Below, one piece after another: positions 31,448 to 41,828 of a stretch of DNA of 64,000 bases (position 1 is the stretch's first letter; every line of letters begins with the position of its first letter). The DNA is taken from assembly GCA_029227655.1 (NCBI GenBank), contig JAQYAI010000006.1, positions 2,098 to 66,097 on the forward strand. The letters are read 5' to 3'. The position numbers and the translations under genes were made by a program. The notes under the pieces are model-generated. The model did no database searches and was not told the origin of the DNA. It was given only the letters and a program-made list of their open reading frames with translations. The stretch comes from a bacterium. Lineage in GTDB: Bacteria; Bacillota; Clostridia; Lachnospirales; Lachnospiraceae.

Positions 31448-32185
31448 ATGCAGCATTTTTTTGTGACACCAGATATGGTGAATGATACTGAAATTTATAT
31501 CGAAGGACAGGACGTTAATCATATGAAGAACGTTCTTCGTATGAAAATCGGAGAACTGGTAGAAATAAGTGACGGAAATAATCTGAAATATTTGTGTGAA
31601 GTGGCGGGGTATGAATCAGATAGAGCTGTTTTGAAAATTATAGAACGAAAAGAAGCAGACACGGAGCTTAAGTCAAGACTTTATCTTTTTCAGGGACTCC
31701 CGAAAAATGATAAGATGGAACTGATTGTACAGAAGGCAGTGGAGCTTGGTGCGTACGAAATTATTCCGGTTGCTATGAAGCGATGTGTGGTGAAGCTGGA
31801 TGCAAAAAAAGCTGCGAAGAAAGTGGAACGGTGGAACAGTATTTCAGAAAGTGCTGCGAAGCAGGCTGGAAGAAGTATCATTCCGGAGGTGACAGAAATC
31901 ATGTCGTATGAGCAGGCGTTAGAGAAGGCAAAAGAGCTTGATATTGTGCTTGTGCCATATGAGCTTGCAGAGGGCATGGAAGAAACAAAAGAGATTATAG
32001 CGAAGATTCAAAGAGGTCAGTCAGTGGGAATCTTTATTGGTCCTGAAGGTGGATTTGAGAGGGAAGAAATTGACAGAGCCATAGAAAGCGGAGCAAGTCC
32101 TGTGACGCTTGGAAGGAGAATTCTTCGCACGGAGACGGCAGGACTTACGATACTTTCCGTCCTGATGTTCCATTTGGAAGAATAG
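31448..32185 (+). CDS. rsmE: 16S rRNA m3U1498 methyltransferase
   Basis: HMKNVLRM, QKAVELG, IGPEGG and LGRRILRTETA motifs. Confidence 0.96.
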   Translation: MQHFFVTPDMVNDTEIYIEGQDVNHMKNVLRMKIGELVEISDGNNLKYLCEVAGYESDRAVLKIIERKEADTELKSRLYLFQGLPKNDKMELIVQKAVELGAYEIIPVAMKRCVVKLDAKKAAKKVERWNSISESAAKQAGRSIIPEVTEIMSYEQALEKAKELDIVLVPYELAEGMEETKEIIAKIQRGQSVGIFIGPEGGFEREEIDRAIESGASPVTLGRRILRTETAGLTILSVLMFHLEE

Positions 32186-32202
32186 AGAAGAGGTATGCAA
32201 AA

Positions 32203-33360
32203 ATGGAAGTTTATTTAGATAATTCTGCGACAACGAGAGCGTATGACTGCGTTCGTGATATTGTATGCAGGACCATGTGCGAGGATTATGGGAATCCATC
32301 TTCGATGCACACCAAAGGGGTAGAATCGGAAAAATACATTCGCGAGGCAAAAGAGATTCTTGCCCGTCTTATGAAAGTACAGGAAAAGGAACTATATTTT
32401 ACATCCGGTGGAACGGAAAGTGATAACCTGGCGCTGATTGGTTGTGCCAGAGCCAATCATAGGGCGGGGAAGCATCTTATCACATCTTCCATTGAACATC
32501 CAGCTATCCTGAACACTATGAGATATCTGGAAGAGGAAGAAGGATATAAAGTGACCTATCTTCCCGTGGATGAGAACGGAAGAATCAGACTGGATGCACT
32601 TAAAGCAGCTTTGTGTGAGGAAACGATTCTGGTTTCCATCATGTATGTCAATAATGAGATCGGATCCGTTCAGCCGATCGCAGAAGCGGTTGATATTGTA
32701 AAATCATATAATAAACATATTTTATTTCATGTAGATGCAGTCCAGGGATTTGGAAAATATCGTATTTTCCCAAAGAAAATGGGAATCGATCTGATGTCGG
32801 TCAGTGGTCACAAGATTCATGGGCCAAAGGGAATCGGATTTCTTTATGTGAATGAGAAAGTAAAGATCAGGCCGATTATCTTTGGGGGAGAACAGCAGAA
32901 AAATATTCGTTCCGGGACAGAAAATGTTCCGGGAATTGCCGGAATTGCAAGAGCTGCCAAAGAAATTTACACAGATTTTGACGCAAAGATCGCGCATATG
33001 TACCAATTGAAACAGCGTTTTGCTGAAGGAATCAGCAAGATTGAGAATACGAAGATTCATGGACTTTCTGATGAAAATAGTGCTCCGCACATCATCAGCG
33101 TGGGCTTTGCAGGAATCCGAAGTGAAGTGCTGCTTCATACGTTAGAGGAGAAAGGAATCTATGTTTCCTCGGGTTCGGCGTGCTCATCGAACCATCCTGC
33201 AATCAGTGGAGTCCTGAAAGGAATCGGAGCCGGAAAAGAATATCTTGATTCTACCCTTAGGTTCAGTATGTCAGAATTTACCACAGAAGAAGAGGTTGAT
33301 TCTACATTAGAAACATTATATACTTGTGTACCAATGCTCAGAAAGTACACACGTCATTAG
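32203..33360 (+). CDS. cysteine desulfurase (NifZ/IscS-like, partner of ThiI)
   Basis: YLDNSATT, SGHKIHGPKG and SSGSACSS motifs; directly upstream of thiI. Confidence 0.93.
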   Translation: MEVYLDNSATTRAYDCVRDIVCRTMCEDYGNPSSMHTKGVESEKYIREAKEILARLMKVQEKELYFTSGGTESDNLALIGCARANHRAGKHLITSSIEHPAILNTMRYLEEEEGYKVTYLPVDENGRIRLDALKAALCEETILVSIMYVNNEIGSVQPIAEAVDIVKSYNKHILFHVDAVQGFGKYRIFPKKMGIDLMSVSGHKIHGPKGIGFLYVNEKVKIRPIIFGGEQQKNIRSGTENVPGIAGIARAAKEIYTDFDAKIAHMYQLKQRFAEGISKIENTKIHGLSDENSAPHIISVGFAGIRSEVLLHTLEEKGIYVSSGSACSSNHPAISGVLKGIGAGKEYLDSTLRFSMSEFTTEEEVDSTLETLYTCVPMLRKYTRH

Positions 33361-33369
33361 GAGGATAAT

Positions 33370-34551
33370 ATGAAATTTCAGACTTATTTGATTAAATATG
33401 GAGAAATCGGAATTAAAGGAAAGAACCGATATCTGTTTGAAGATGCGCTGGTAAGACAGGTAAAATTTGCTTTGAAAGACGTGGAAGGAGAGTTCAAAGT
33501 ATACAAATCACAGGCCAGAGTATATGTGGATTGTGAAGGATACTATGATTGTGACGAAGTGACAGAAGCACTTAAGCGTGTATTTGGGATTGTAGGAATC
33601 TGTCCGGTCGTGCGTGTGGAAGACAAAGGATTTGAAGAATTAAAGAAGGATGTTGTTGCATATATGGATGAGCTTTATCCGGATAAGAACATTACATTCA
33701 AAGTAGAATCACGCCGCGCGAAGAAAACATATCCAAAGAAATCAATGGAAATGAACGCTGATCTTGGTGAAGCGATTCTGGATGCGTTCCCGGAAATCCG
33801 TGTAGATGTGCACGATCCAGATGTACTTCTCCGTGTAGAAGTGAGGGATGATATTTATATTTACTCTGAAACAATCCCTGGTCCAGGCGGAATGCCGATT
33901 GGTACAAATGGGAAAGCAATGCTCCTTCTTTCTGGTGGCATTGACAGCCCTGTTGCCGGGTATATGATCGCAAAACGAGGAGTTGGGATTGAAGCGACAT
34001 ATTTCCATGCGCCTCCATATACAAGCGAGCGTGCAAAGCAAAAGGTGGTAGATCTTGCAAAGCTTGTTTCAAAGTATACAGGGCCAATCAAACTGCATGT
34101 GGTAAATTTCACAGATATTCAGCTCTATATCTATGAAAAATGTCCACACGATGAACTTACGATTATCATGCGTCGTTATATGATGCGTATTGCAGAGCAT
34201 TTTGCAAAACAGGATGATTGTCTTGGACTTATCACAGGAGAAAGTATCGGGCAGGTGGCGAGTCAGACCATGCACAGCCTTGCAGCTACGAATGATGTGT
34301 GTACCCTTCCTGTATATCGTCCACTGATTGGATTTGACAAACAGGAAATTGTGGATATTGCAGAAAAAATCAACACATATGAGACTTCAATTCTTCCTTA
34401 TGAAGACTGTTGTACGATCTTTGTCGCAAAACATCCGGTTACGAAGCCAAATATAGGAGTTATTCGTAAATCAGAAGAAAGATTATCTGAAAAGATTGAT
34501 GAATTATTCCAACAGGCAATCGATTCTGTGGAAACTATTATTGTGAAATAG
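33370..34551 (+). CDS. thiI: tRNA 4-thiouridine synthase
   Basis: THUMP domain; LLSGGIDSPVA, GESIGQVASQT and EDCC motifs. Confidence 0.96.
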   Translation: MKFQTYLIKYGEIGIKGKNRYLFEDALVRQVKFALKDVEGEFKVYKSQARVYVDCEGYYDCDEVTEALKRVFGIVGICPVVRVEDKGFEELKKDVVAYMDELYPDKNITFKVESRRAKKTYPKKSMEMNADLGEAILDAFPEIRVDVHDPDVLLRVEVRDDIYIYSETIPGPGGMPIGTNGKAMLLLSGGIDSPVAGYMIAKRGVGIEATYFHAPPYTSERAKQKVVDLAKLVSKYTGPIKLHVVNFTDIQLYIYEKCPHDELTIIMRRYMMRIAEHFAKQDDCLGLITGESIGQVASQTMHSLAATNDVCTLPVYRPLIGFDKQEIVDIAEKINTYETSILPYEDCCTIFVAKHPVTKPNIGVIRKSEERLSEKIDELFQQAIDSVETIIVK

Positions 34552-34567
34552 AAGAAGGTTTGCATAA

Positions 34568-34600
34568 TAAATGGGGAACACGTCTGGTGTCCCCCATTTA
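34568..34600. terminator. hairpin between convergent thiI and HPr-like gene
   Basis: TAAATGGGGAACAC/GTGTCCCCCATTTA inverted repeat. Confidence 0.75.
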
Positions 34601-34618
34601 AGATTAAAAATATAAAGA

Positions 34619-34852
34619 TTATGCTAAGTAAGGTTTGATCGATTCGAGGATGTCATCAACTGCAGCATCATCTGCGTGGATATTTAAATCAATTGGTTTA
34701 GATAAATCCAGGCTGAAGATACCCATGATGGATTTTGCATCGATGACATATCTTCCAGATACTAAATCAAAATCGAAATCAAATTTTGCAATCAGATTTA
34801 CGAAAGATTTCACTTTATCGATAGAATTTAAAGAAATTTGAACTGTTTTCAT
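34619..34852 (-). CDS. HPr-family protein lacking the His15 motif
   Basis: DAKSIMGIFSL (Ser46 signature) present; no GxHARP motif. Confidence 0.85.
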   Translation of the reverse strand: MKTVQISLNSIDKVKSFVNLIAKFDFDFDLVSGRYVIDAKSIMGIFSLDLSKPIDLNIHADDAAVDDILESIKPYLA

Positions 34853-34977
34853 TGGACTAAAACCTCCCTTGATTATTGTCTATCATTATATTAAAGTTTT
34901 TAACATCAAAAGTCAAGGAACAAACCAGTTTAAGAGTCAGTTTTGATAGAAAAAATGTATAAAAGGAGAATGTGGTT

Positions 34978-36297
34978 ATGCGGGCAGCATTACATAATCT
35001 TGGATGCAAAGTAAATGCATACGAAACAGAGGCTATGCAGGAGCTTTTGGAAGAAAAGGGATATCAGATCGTCCCGTTTCACAGTGAAGCAGATGTCTAT
35101 ATTATTAACACTTGTTCGGTTACAAATATGGCGGACAGAAAGTCAAGACAGATGATTCATCGTGCGCGAAAACAAAATCCGAATGCAGTTATTGTTGCTG
35201 CGGGATGTTATGTTCAGGCGCTGGGAAATGCCGGTGGTCAGGAGAAAGGCATTGATATTGTTATTGGAAATAATAAGAAAAAAGACCTGATTGAAATTCT
35301 GGATAAGTATTTGAAAGAGCATCCGGAGAAACAGGTTCAGGAACTGATTGATATTCATCATACAAAGGAATACGAATATCTTCATTTATCAAAAACTGCG
35401 GAACATACAAGAGCATACTTAAAGGTACAGGATGGATGTAACCAGTTCTGTACTTACTGTATCATTCCATATACAAGAGGACGCGTGCGAAGCCGCGACA
35501 AGCAGGATGTGGTAAATGAAGTAAAGGCATTGGCGGAAAATGGTTATAAGGAAATTGTGCTGACTGGTATTCACTTAAGTTCTTATGGAATAGATTTTAA
35601 AGAAGACGGTGTACAGAAGGAAGATTTATTAACACTGATTAAGGCCGTTCATGAAGTAGAAGGGATTGAAAGAATTCGTCTGGGTTCCTTAGAACCTAGA
35701 ATTGTAACAGAAGAATTTGCAGAGGCATTGTCGCAGATGCCAAAAGTATGTCCACATTTTCACTTGTCACTACAGAGTGGATGTGATGAAACGCTAAAAC
35801 GAATGAACAGAAGGTACGATGCCGGGGAATATGAAGATAAATGTAAGATTCTGAGAAAATATTTCAACAATCCTGCTCTTACTACAGATGTAATTGTTGG
35901 ATTTGCGGGAGAGACGGAAGAAGAATTTGAAAAGTCTAGATCTTTTGTGGACAGAATCAATTTCTATGAAACACATATTTTTAAGTATTCGAAAAGACAG
36001 GGAACAAAAGCGGCCGGAATGCCGAATCAGGTGGATGAACAGGAAAAGACCAGACGGAGCAATATCATGCTGAAAATGAATAGGGAAAAACAAAGACAGT
36101 ATGAAGAAAGCTGGATGGGAAGAGATGTGGAAGTCCTGTTCGAGGAAATTTTCTTGAAAGATGGAATCAGATATGCAGCAGGGCATACAAAAGAATATCT
36201 GCACATCGCCGTGCCATGTGGAAATACAGCAGAATGTGAGTGGCTGAATCAGCTGAAAATGGTTTCACTTATAGATAATTCACAAATTATACATTGA
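34978..36297 (+). CDS. mtaB: tRNA t6A37 methylthiotransferase
   Basis: LGCKVNAYE, INTCSVT, CNQFCTYC and HFHLSLQSG motifs. Confidence 0.94.
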   Translation: MRAALHNLGCKVNAYETEAMQELLEEKGYQIVPFHSEADVYIINTCSVTNMADRKSRQMIHRARKQNPNAVIVAAGCYVQALGNAGGQEKGIDIVIGNNKKKDLIEILDKYLKEHPEKQVQELIDIHHTKEYEYLHLSKTAEHTRAYLKVQDGCNQFCTYCIIPYTRGRVRSRDKQDVVNEVKALAENGYKEIVLTGIHLSSYGIDFKEDGVQKEDLLTLIKAVHEVEGIERIRLGSLEPRIVTEEFAEALSQMPKVCPHFHLSLQSGCDETLKRMNRRYDAGEYEDKCKILRKYFNNPALTTDVIVGFAGETEEEFEKSRSFVDRINFYETHIFKYSKRQGTKAAGMPNQVDEQEKTRRSNIMLKMNREKQRQYEESWMGRDVEVLFEEIFLKDGIRYAAGHTKEYLHIAVPCGNTAECEWLNQLKMVSLIDNSQIIH

Positions 36298-36348
36298 ATT
36301 ATTTAAGATATTATATTAAAATGGAAAGGAAGTATTGGAGGTCGTAAG

Positions 36349-36606
36349 ATGAGAGATATTACAAGTACACAGTTTTTCAGAGTGGAAGCTGGTCCACAGA
36401 TCCAGGCAAAGGATATTCTGGAAATTGTCTATAAAGCATTAAAAGAAAAAGGCTACAATCCAGTAAACCAGATCGTCGGATACATTATGTCAGGGGATCC
36501 TACATATATTACAAGCTACAATGGTGCACGAAGTCTTATTATGAAAGTAGAACGTGATGAAATTGTAGAAGAATTACTAAAAGCGTATATTAAACACGAA
36601 TTATAG
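36349..36606 (+). CDS. ireB: IreB/ReoM family regulatory phosphoprotein
   Basis: [22 protein letters not shown] motif; upstream TTGAAT-17 bp-TAAAAT promoter. Confidence 0.92.
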   Translation: MRDITSTQFFRVEAGPQIQAKDILEIVYKALKEKGYNPVNQIVGYIMSGDPTYITSYNGARSLIMKVERDEIVEELLKAYIKHEL

Positions 36607-36618
36607 GAATAATAAAGT

Positions 36619-37038
36619 ATGCGGATTATGGGATTAGACTACGGAACAAAGACTGTGGGAGTAGCGGTAAGTGACCCGCTTGGCATTACAGCGCAGGCCG
36701 TAGAGACAATTGAACGAAAGGCCGAGAACAAGCTTCGCCAGACACTTGCAAGGATTGAGACACTTGCAAAAGAATATGAGGTTGAAAAGTTTGTTCTTGG
36801 ACTTCCGAAACATATGAATAATGATATTGGAGAACGTGCAGAAAAATCTATGGAGTTTGGAGAGATGCTTCGTAGAAGAACTGGAATTGAGGTCATAATG
36901 TGGGATGAGCGCCTTACAACAGTATCAGCAGAGCGCACATTGATTGAGGCGGGTGTGAGACGAGAGAACCGTAAGCAGTTCATTGATCAGATTGCAGCAG
37001 TTTTTATTTTACAAAGTTATCTGGATTCGCGTTCATAG
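36619..37038 (+). CDS. ruvX: YqgF/RuvX pre-16S rRNA nuclease
   Basis: [22 protein letters not shown] and [10 protein letters not shown] motifs. Confidence 0.95.
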   Translation: MRIMGLDYGTKTVGVAVSDPLGITAQAVETIERKAENKLRQTLARIETLAKEYEVEKFVLGLPKHMNNDIGERAEKSMEFGEMLRRRTGIEVIMWDERLTTVSAERTLIEAGVRRENRKQFIDQIAAVFILQSYLDSRS

Positions 37039-37077
37039 GTAATTCATAGGTATTATAGTAGGTACGCAGGTGATGAG

Positions 37078-37338
37078 ATGAAGAATGAAAAGATAGTTTT
37101 TACATTTGATGACGAAGAAGTGGAATTTTACGTCCTTGAACAGACAAAGGTAAATGGAGTGTCATATATTCTTGTGGCGGATTCAGACGATGATGATGCC
37201 CAGTGTCTGATCATGAAGGATTTAAGTGAAGCTGAAGATACAGAAAGTGTATACGAGATTGTAGAAGATGAAGTGGAATTAGAAGCACTTCTTAAGGTGT
37301 TTGAAGAATTGCTTGAAGATGTGGATATAGAGATGTAA
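37078..37338 (+). CDS. DUF1292 family acidic protein
   Basis: very acidic 86-aa protein in the conserved ireB-ruvX-DUF1292 context. Confidence 0.8.
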   Translation: MKNEKIVFTFDDEEVEFYVLEQTKVNGVSYILVADSDDDDAQCLIMKDLSEAEDTESVYEIVEDEVELEALLKVFEELLEDVDIEM

Positions 37339-37439
37339 ACACACTGCAAACAGAACGAAAGTGTGGGAGCCGAAGGGCTCCTCATTTTACGATAAATGAA
37401 AACGGTACGGAAGAAAAATTGAATAGTGGAGGTGTGAAT

Positions 37440-39104
37440 TTGAAACAAACAAGTAATTCAAAGCTCAGAATCATTCCGCTTGGAGGTCTTGAAAAAATCG
37501 GAATGAATATCACTGCTTTTGAATACGAGGATAGTATTATTGTAGTGGATTGCGGACTGGCATTTCCGGATGAGGACATGCCAGGGGTGGATCTGGTTCT
37601 GCCCGATGTAACATATTTAAAAAACAATATTGAGAAAGTAAAAGGATTTATTATCACACATGGACATGAGGATCATATTGGAGGGCTTCCATATATTCTC
37701 AAAGATATGAATTTGCCAATTTATACGACAAAATTGACAATGGGTATTATCGATAAAAAACTGACGGAGCATAATCTTCTTCGTTCCACAAAGCGCAAGG
37801 TGGTAAAACATGGGCAATCGATTAATCTTGGTAAATTCCGAATTGAATTTATCAAGACAAATCATAGTATTCAGGATGCATCCGCACTGGCAATTTATTC
37901 GCCAGCTGGTATAGTGGTCCATACTGGAGACTTTAAAGTGGATTATACACCGGTATTTGGTGATGCCATCGATTTACAGAGATTTGCAGAAATCGGTAAA
38001 AAAGGTGTACTTGCACTGATGTCAGACAGTACGAATGCAGTGCGTCCTGGTTTTACACAGTCGGAAAGAACGGTGGGAGTAACATTTGACCGTTTGTTTG
38101 CAGAACATAGAAATAAAAGAATCATCGTTGCCACATTTGCTTCGAATGTGGATCGTGTGCAACAGATCATTAATACTTCTTACAAGTATGGACGAAAAGT
38201 CGTAGTAGAAGGCCGCAGTATGGTAAATATCATTTCTGTAGCAGCGGAGCTTGGGTATCTGCAGGTTCCGGAAAATACACTGATTGAGGTGGATCAGCTG
38301 AAAAACTATCTTCCAGAAAATACTACGATTATTACAACTGGCAGCCAGGGAGAATCAATGGCAGCATTATCGAGAATGTCGACAGGAATTCATCGTAAGA
38401 TTTCAATCGAGCCGTCAGATCTGATTATTTTCAGTTCCAGCCCGATTCCGGGAAATGAAAAATCTGTTTCCCATGTGATGAATGCGCTTTTAGAGAAAGG
38501 TGCTGAGGTCATTTTCCAGGATGCTCACGTTTCCGGTCATGCCTGTCAGGAGGAATTGAAACTGATTTATTCTCTGATCAGACCGAAGTATGCGATTCCT
38601 GTTCATGGTGAGATCCGCCATAGAAAGGCAAATGCAGGGATAGCAAAACAGCTTGGAATTCCAGATGAGAATATTTTTATGATGAATTCCGGAGATGTAT
38701 TAGAGTTAGATGAAAATGAAGCTAAGATCGTTGATAAAGTTCAGACTGGAGAAATTCTGGTCGATGGTCTTGGTGTTGGTGATGTTGGAAATATCGTTCT
38801 TCGTGATCGTCAGCATCTGGCAGAAGATGGCATTCTGATCGTGGTCCTTACGCTGGAGCGTGGCACGAATATGCTGCTTGCGGGACCGGATATAGTAACG
38901 AGAGGCTTCGTATATGTACGTGAGTCAGAGTCATTGATGGAAGAGGCAAGAATTGTCGTGACAGAAGCTGTCAGCAAATGCCTGATGGGAAGATATGTGG
39001 ACTGGAGCAAGATTAAGGGCGTTATTAAAGATACATTAAATGAATTTATCTGGAAAAAGACGAAGAGAAAACCAATGATTTTGCCAATCATTATGGATGT
39101 ATAA
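37440..39104 (+). CDS. rnj: ribonuclease J
   Basis: PLGGLEKIGMN, THGHEDHIG, HVSGH and PVHGE motifs; GGAGGTG RBS before TTG 37440. Confidence 0.95.
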   Translation: MKQTSNSKLRIIPLGGLEKIGMNITAFEYEDSIIVVDCGLAFPDEDMPGVDLVLPDVTYLKNNIEKVKGFIITHGHEDHIGGLPYILKDMNLPIYTTKLTMGIIDKKLTEHNLLRSTKRKVVKHGQSINLGKFRIEFIKTNHSIQDASALAIYSPAGIVVHTGDFKVDYTPVFGDAIDLQRFAEIGKKGVLALMSDSTNAVRPGFTQSERTVGVTFDRLFAEHRNKRIIVATFASNVDRVQQIINTSYKYGRKVVVEGRSMVNIISVAAELGYLQVPENTLIEVDQLKNYLPENTTIITTGSQGESMAALSRMSTGIHRKISIEPSDLIIFSSSPIPGNEKSVSHVMNALLEKGAEVIFQDAHVSGHACQEELKLIYSLIRPKYAIPVHGEIRHRKANAGIAKQLGIPDENIFMMNSGDVLELDENEAKIVDKVQTGEILVDGLGVGDVGNIVLRDRQHLAEDGILIVVLTLERGTNMLLAGPDIVTRGFVYVRESESLMEEARIVVTEAVSKCLMGRYVDWSKIKGVIKDTLNEFIWKKTKRKPMILPIIMDV

Positions 39105-39177
39105 AAATGATGAAAATGGACGCAGGTAAATCTGTTATTTGCCTGCGTCTAAGCTTATGTGTAGAGATTAAGGAAAA

Positions 39178-39834
39178 ATGATAGTAGAAGAACGTTTAGT
39201 GGCATATATACATTCTCTGGAAACAGAGAATAGTGAAATACTGGAACAGATTGAAAAAGAAGCTCTAGATACTTTTGTACCGATCATCCGTAAAGAAATG
39301 CAGAGTTTTCTGAAGGTGCTTCTTCGGGTGAAAAGACCGCTTAATATTTTGGAAGTAGGTACAGCGGTGGGATTTTCGGCAATCCTGATGAGCGAGTATG
39401 TGCCGGAAGAATGTAGAATTACAACAATTGAAAATTATGAGAAGCGAATACCGATCGCACGTGAAAATTTCAAGAGAGCAGGGAAAGAAGAGCAGATTAC
39501 TTTAATTGAAGGAGATGCATTTGAAGTATTGAAAACGCTTCAGGATTCCTATGATTTTATTTTTATGGATGCTGCAAAGGGACAGTATATTGCTTATCTG
39601 CCTGAAGTGATGAGAGTTTTAAGTCCGGGAGGAATCCTGGTGTCTGATAATGTGCTTCAGAATGGTGAGATTATTGAGTCAAGATTTGCAGTAGAGCGAA
39701 GAGACAGGACGATCCACAGTCGTATGCGCGAATATTTATATACATTGAAGCATCATCCGGAATTGGAAACATCTATTATTCCACTGGGTGATGGAGTAGC
39801 ACTTAGCGTAAAGAAAGATCAAGAATGCAATTAG
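39178..39834 (+). CDS. O-methyltransferase (TrmR/YrrM-like, tRNA mo5U)
   Basis: ILEVGTAVGFS, FMDAAKGQY and SDNVL motifs; upstream of a U32 gene. Confidence 0.88.
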   Translation: MIVEERLVAYIHSLETENSEILEQIEKEALDTFVPIIRKEMQSFLKVLLRVKRPLNILEVGTAVGFSAILMSEYVPEECRITTIENYEKRIPIARENFKRAGKEEQITLIEGDAFEVLKTLQDSYDFIFMDAAKGQYIAYLPEVMRVLSPGGILVSDNVLQNGEIIESRFAVERRDRTIHSRMREYLYTLKHHPELETSIIPLGDGVALSVKKDQECN

Positions 39835-39846
39835 AGAGGAAAGAAG

Positions 39847-41094
39847 ATGGCAAGACATCCTGAATTACTTATTCCAGCGAGCAGTCTGGAAGTATTAAAA
39901 ACAGCAGTTATGTTCGGCGCCGATGCAGTCTATATTGGAGGAGAGGCTTTCGGCCTTCGTGCAAAGGCAAAGAACTTTACAAGAGAAGATATGAAAGAAG
40001 GCATTGCATTTGCACATGCACATGATGTAAAAGTATATGTGACAGCCAATATTCTGGCACATAACTATGATCTTGACGGTGTGCGAGCCTATTTCGAAGA
40101 ATTAAAAGAGATCAAGCCAGATGCACTTATTATTGCGGACCCGGGTGTATTTGAGATTGCAAAAGAGGTCTGTCCTGAAATTGAAAGACATATTAGTACA
40201 CAGGCAAATAATACCAATTATGGAACCTACTTATTCTGGCATAAACAAGGGGCAAGCCGTGTGGTTTCAGCCAGAGAGCTTTCCCTTCGCGAGATTAAGG
40301 AAATTCGTGAAAAGATTCCGGCAGAGCTGGAAATAGAGACTTTTGTACATGGTGCAATGTGTATCTCCTATTCCGGAAGATGCCTGCTCAGCAATTATTT
40401 TACAGGACGTGATGCAAATCATGGAGCGTGTACTCATCCATGCAGGTGGAAATATGCAGTCGTGGAAGAGACAAGACCGGGAGAATATATGCCGGTTTAC
40501 GAAAATGAAAGAGGAACCTACATTTTTAATTCCAAGGATCTGTGTATGATTGAACACATTCCGGAACTCATTGATGCCGGCATTGATAGTCTGAAAGTCG
40601 AAGGAAGAATGAAAACAGCGCTTTATGTTGCGACTGTTGCCAGAACTTACCGAAAGGCAATTGATGATTATCTGGAAGATCCGGAACTTTATAAGAAAAA
40701 TATGCCATGGTATCTGGATCAGATTTCAAATTGCACCTACCGTCAGTTCACAACGGGATTCTTCTTTGGGAAACCAAGTGAGGAAGCACAAATTTACGAC
40801 AGTAATACTTATATCAAAGAATATACCTATCTTGGAATCGTAGAAGATATCAAAGATGGAATGGTGAAGATCGAACAGAGAAATAAATTCTCAGTCGGAG
40901 AAGAAATTGAGATCATGAAACCAAATGGAGAAAACCTGCTTGTTACTGTTGAAAAGATCCTAAATGCAGATGGAGAAGAACAGGAAAGTGCGCCGCATTC
41001 AAAGCAGGAACTTTATGTAAAACTTTCCGGTGAAGCTGAAAGATATGATCTTTTAAGAAGAAAAGAACGAGATGTAGAAAATCCGGTTGGGTAA
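39847..41094 (+). CDS. peptidase U32 family protein (TrhP-like tRNA hydroxylase)
   Basis: PELLIPA, HGAMCISYSGRCLLS, CTHPCRW and KVEGRMK motifs. Confidence 0.9.
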   Translation: MARHPELLIPASSLEVLKTAVMFGADAVYIGGEAFGLRAKAKNFTREDMKEGIAFAHAHDVKVYVTANILAHNYDLDGVRAYFEELKEIKPDALIIADPGVFEIAKEVCPEIERHISTQANNTNYGTYLFWHKQGASRVVSARELSLREIKEIREKIPAELEIETFVHGAMCISYSGRCLLSNYFTGRDANHGACTHPCRWKYAVVEETRPGEYMPVYENERGTYIFNSKDLCMIEHIPELIDAGIDSLKVEGRMKTALYVATVARTYRKAIDDYLEDPELYKKNMPWYLDQISNCTYRQFTTGFFFGKPSEEAQIYDSNTYIKEYTYLGIVEDIKDGMVKIEQRNKFSVGEEIEIMKPNGENLLVTVEKILNADGEEQESAPHSKQELYVKLSGEAERYDLLRRKERDVENPVG

Positions 41095-41097
41095 TAT

Positions 41098-41122
41098 CAG
41101 GAGGACTGTCGTTGTCCTCCTG
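41098..41122. terminator. hairpin between convergent U32 gene and sigK
   Basis: CAGGAGGAC-N7-GTCCTCCTG. Confidence 0.65.
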
Positions 41123-41136
41123 CTCAAAACGAAATG

Positions 41137-41757
41137 TTATACAAAAAAAGGGCGGAGTTTTTCAAGCGCTCTTTTTTCGATTCTGGAAACATAGGAGCGG
41201 GAAATGCCCAGTTTTTTTGCGATTTCTTTTTGGGTGAATGGTTCTCTCTGATAGAGTCCATATCTCATTTCTAACACTTTTCTTTCCCGCTGTGTCAGTA
41301 CCTGTTCTAAGATACTATACAGAAGTGTGATTTCTTCCTGTCTTGTAAGAGCATAGAAAGCTTCCTTGTCATTGGATTCAATAATATCGTATAATTGGAT
41401 TTCATTTCCGTCCTGATCAGTTCCAATTGGTTCATACAAAGATGTTTCTCGATTCGTCTTCCGCTTTCCGCGCAGCATCATCAGAATCTCATTTTCGATA
41501 CAGCGGCATGCATAGGTCGCAAGCTTTGTTTTTTTTTCACTGTCATAGGTAGAAATGGCTTTGATCAGACCAATGGTACCGATGGAAATCAAATCATCAG
41601 GATCATCTTCCAGATGCTGATATTTTTTGATAATATGAGTCACAAGTCGAAGGTTGTGTTCAATTAAAATATTTTTTGCACTGGAATCGCCTTCTGTATA
41701 TTGTTGCAAATAATATCGTTCTTCTTCCGCAGTGAGGGGCGGAGGAAATGATTTCAA
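41137..41757 (-). CDS. sigK: sporulation sigma factor SigK (uninterrupted, no pro-peptide)
   Basis: FPPPL, LIEHNLRLV, DLISIGTIGLIKA, TYACRCIENEILM and ISRSYVSRIEK motifs; GGAGGTG RBS 6 nt before TTG 41757. Confidence 0.9.
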   Translation of the reverse strand: MKSFPPPLTAEEERYYLQQYTEGDSSAKNILIEHNLRLVTHIIKKYQHLEDDPDDLISIGTIGLIKAISTYDSEKKTKLATYACRCIENEILMMLRGKRKTNRETSLYEPIGTDQDGNEIQLYDIIESNDKEAFYALTRQEEITLLYSILEQVLTQRERKVLEMRYGLYQREPFTQKEIAKKLGISRSYVSRIEKRALEKLRPFFV

Positions 41758-41784
41758 GCAGGACACCTCCGAATGTGATTACTA

Positions 41785-41813
41785 TAGTTTATGATGGGAA
41801 ATGTTTTTTGTGC
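41785..41813 (-). promoter_or_regulatory. putative sigmaE/sigmaK promoter of sigK
   Basis: minus strand GCACA-15 bp-CATAAACTA. Confidence 0.55.
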
Positions 41814-41828
41814 TTTTCCATTTTCTGA

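Noticed and set aside
41137-41766. skin-like element in sigK, and the GTG start at 41766
   Set aside because: The ORF is continuous; the GTG is part of the SD (GGAGGTG), so TTG 41757 is preferred
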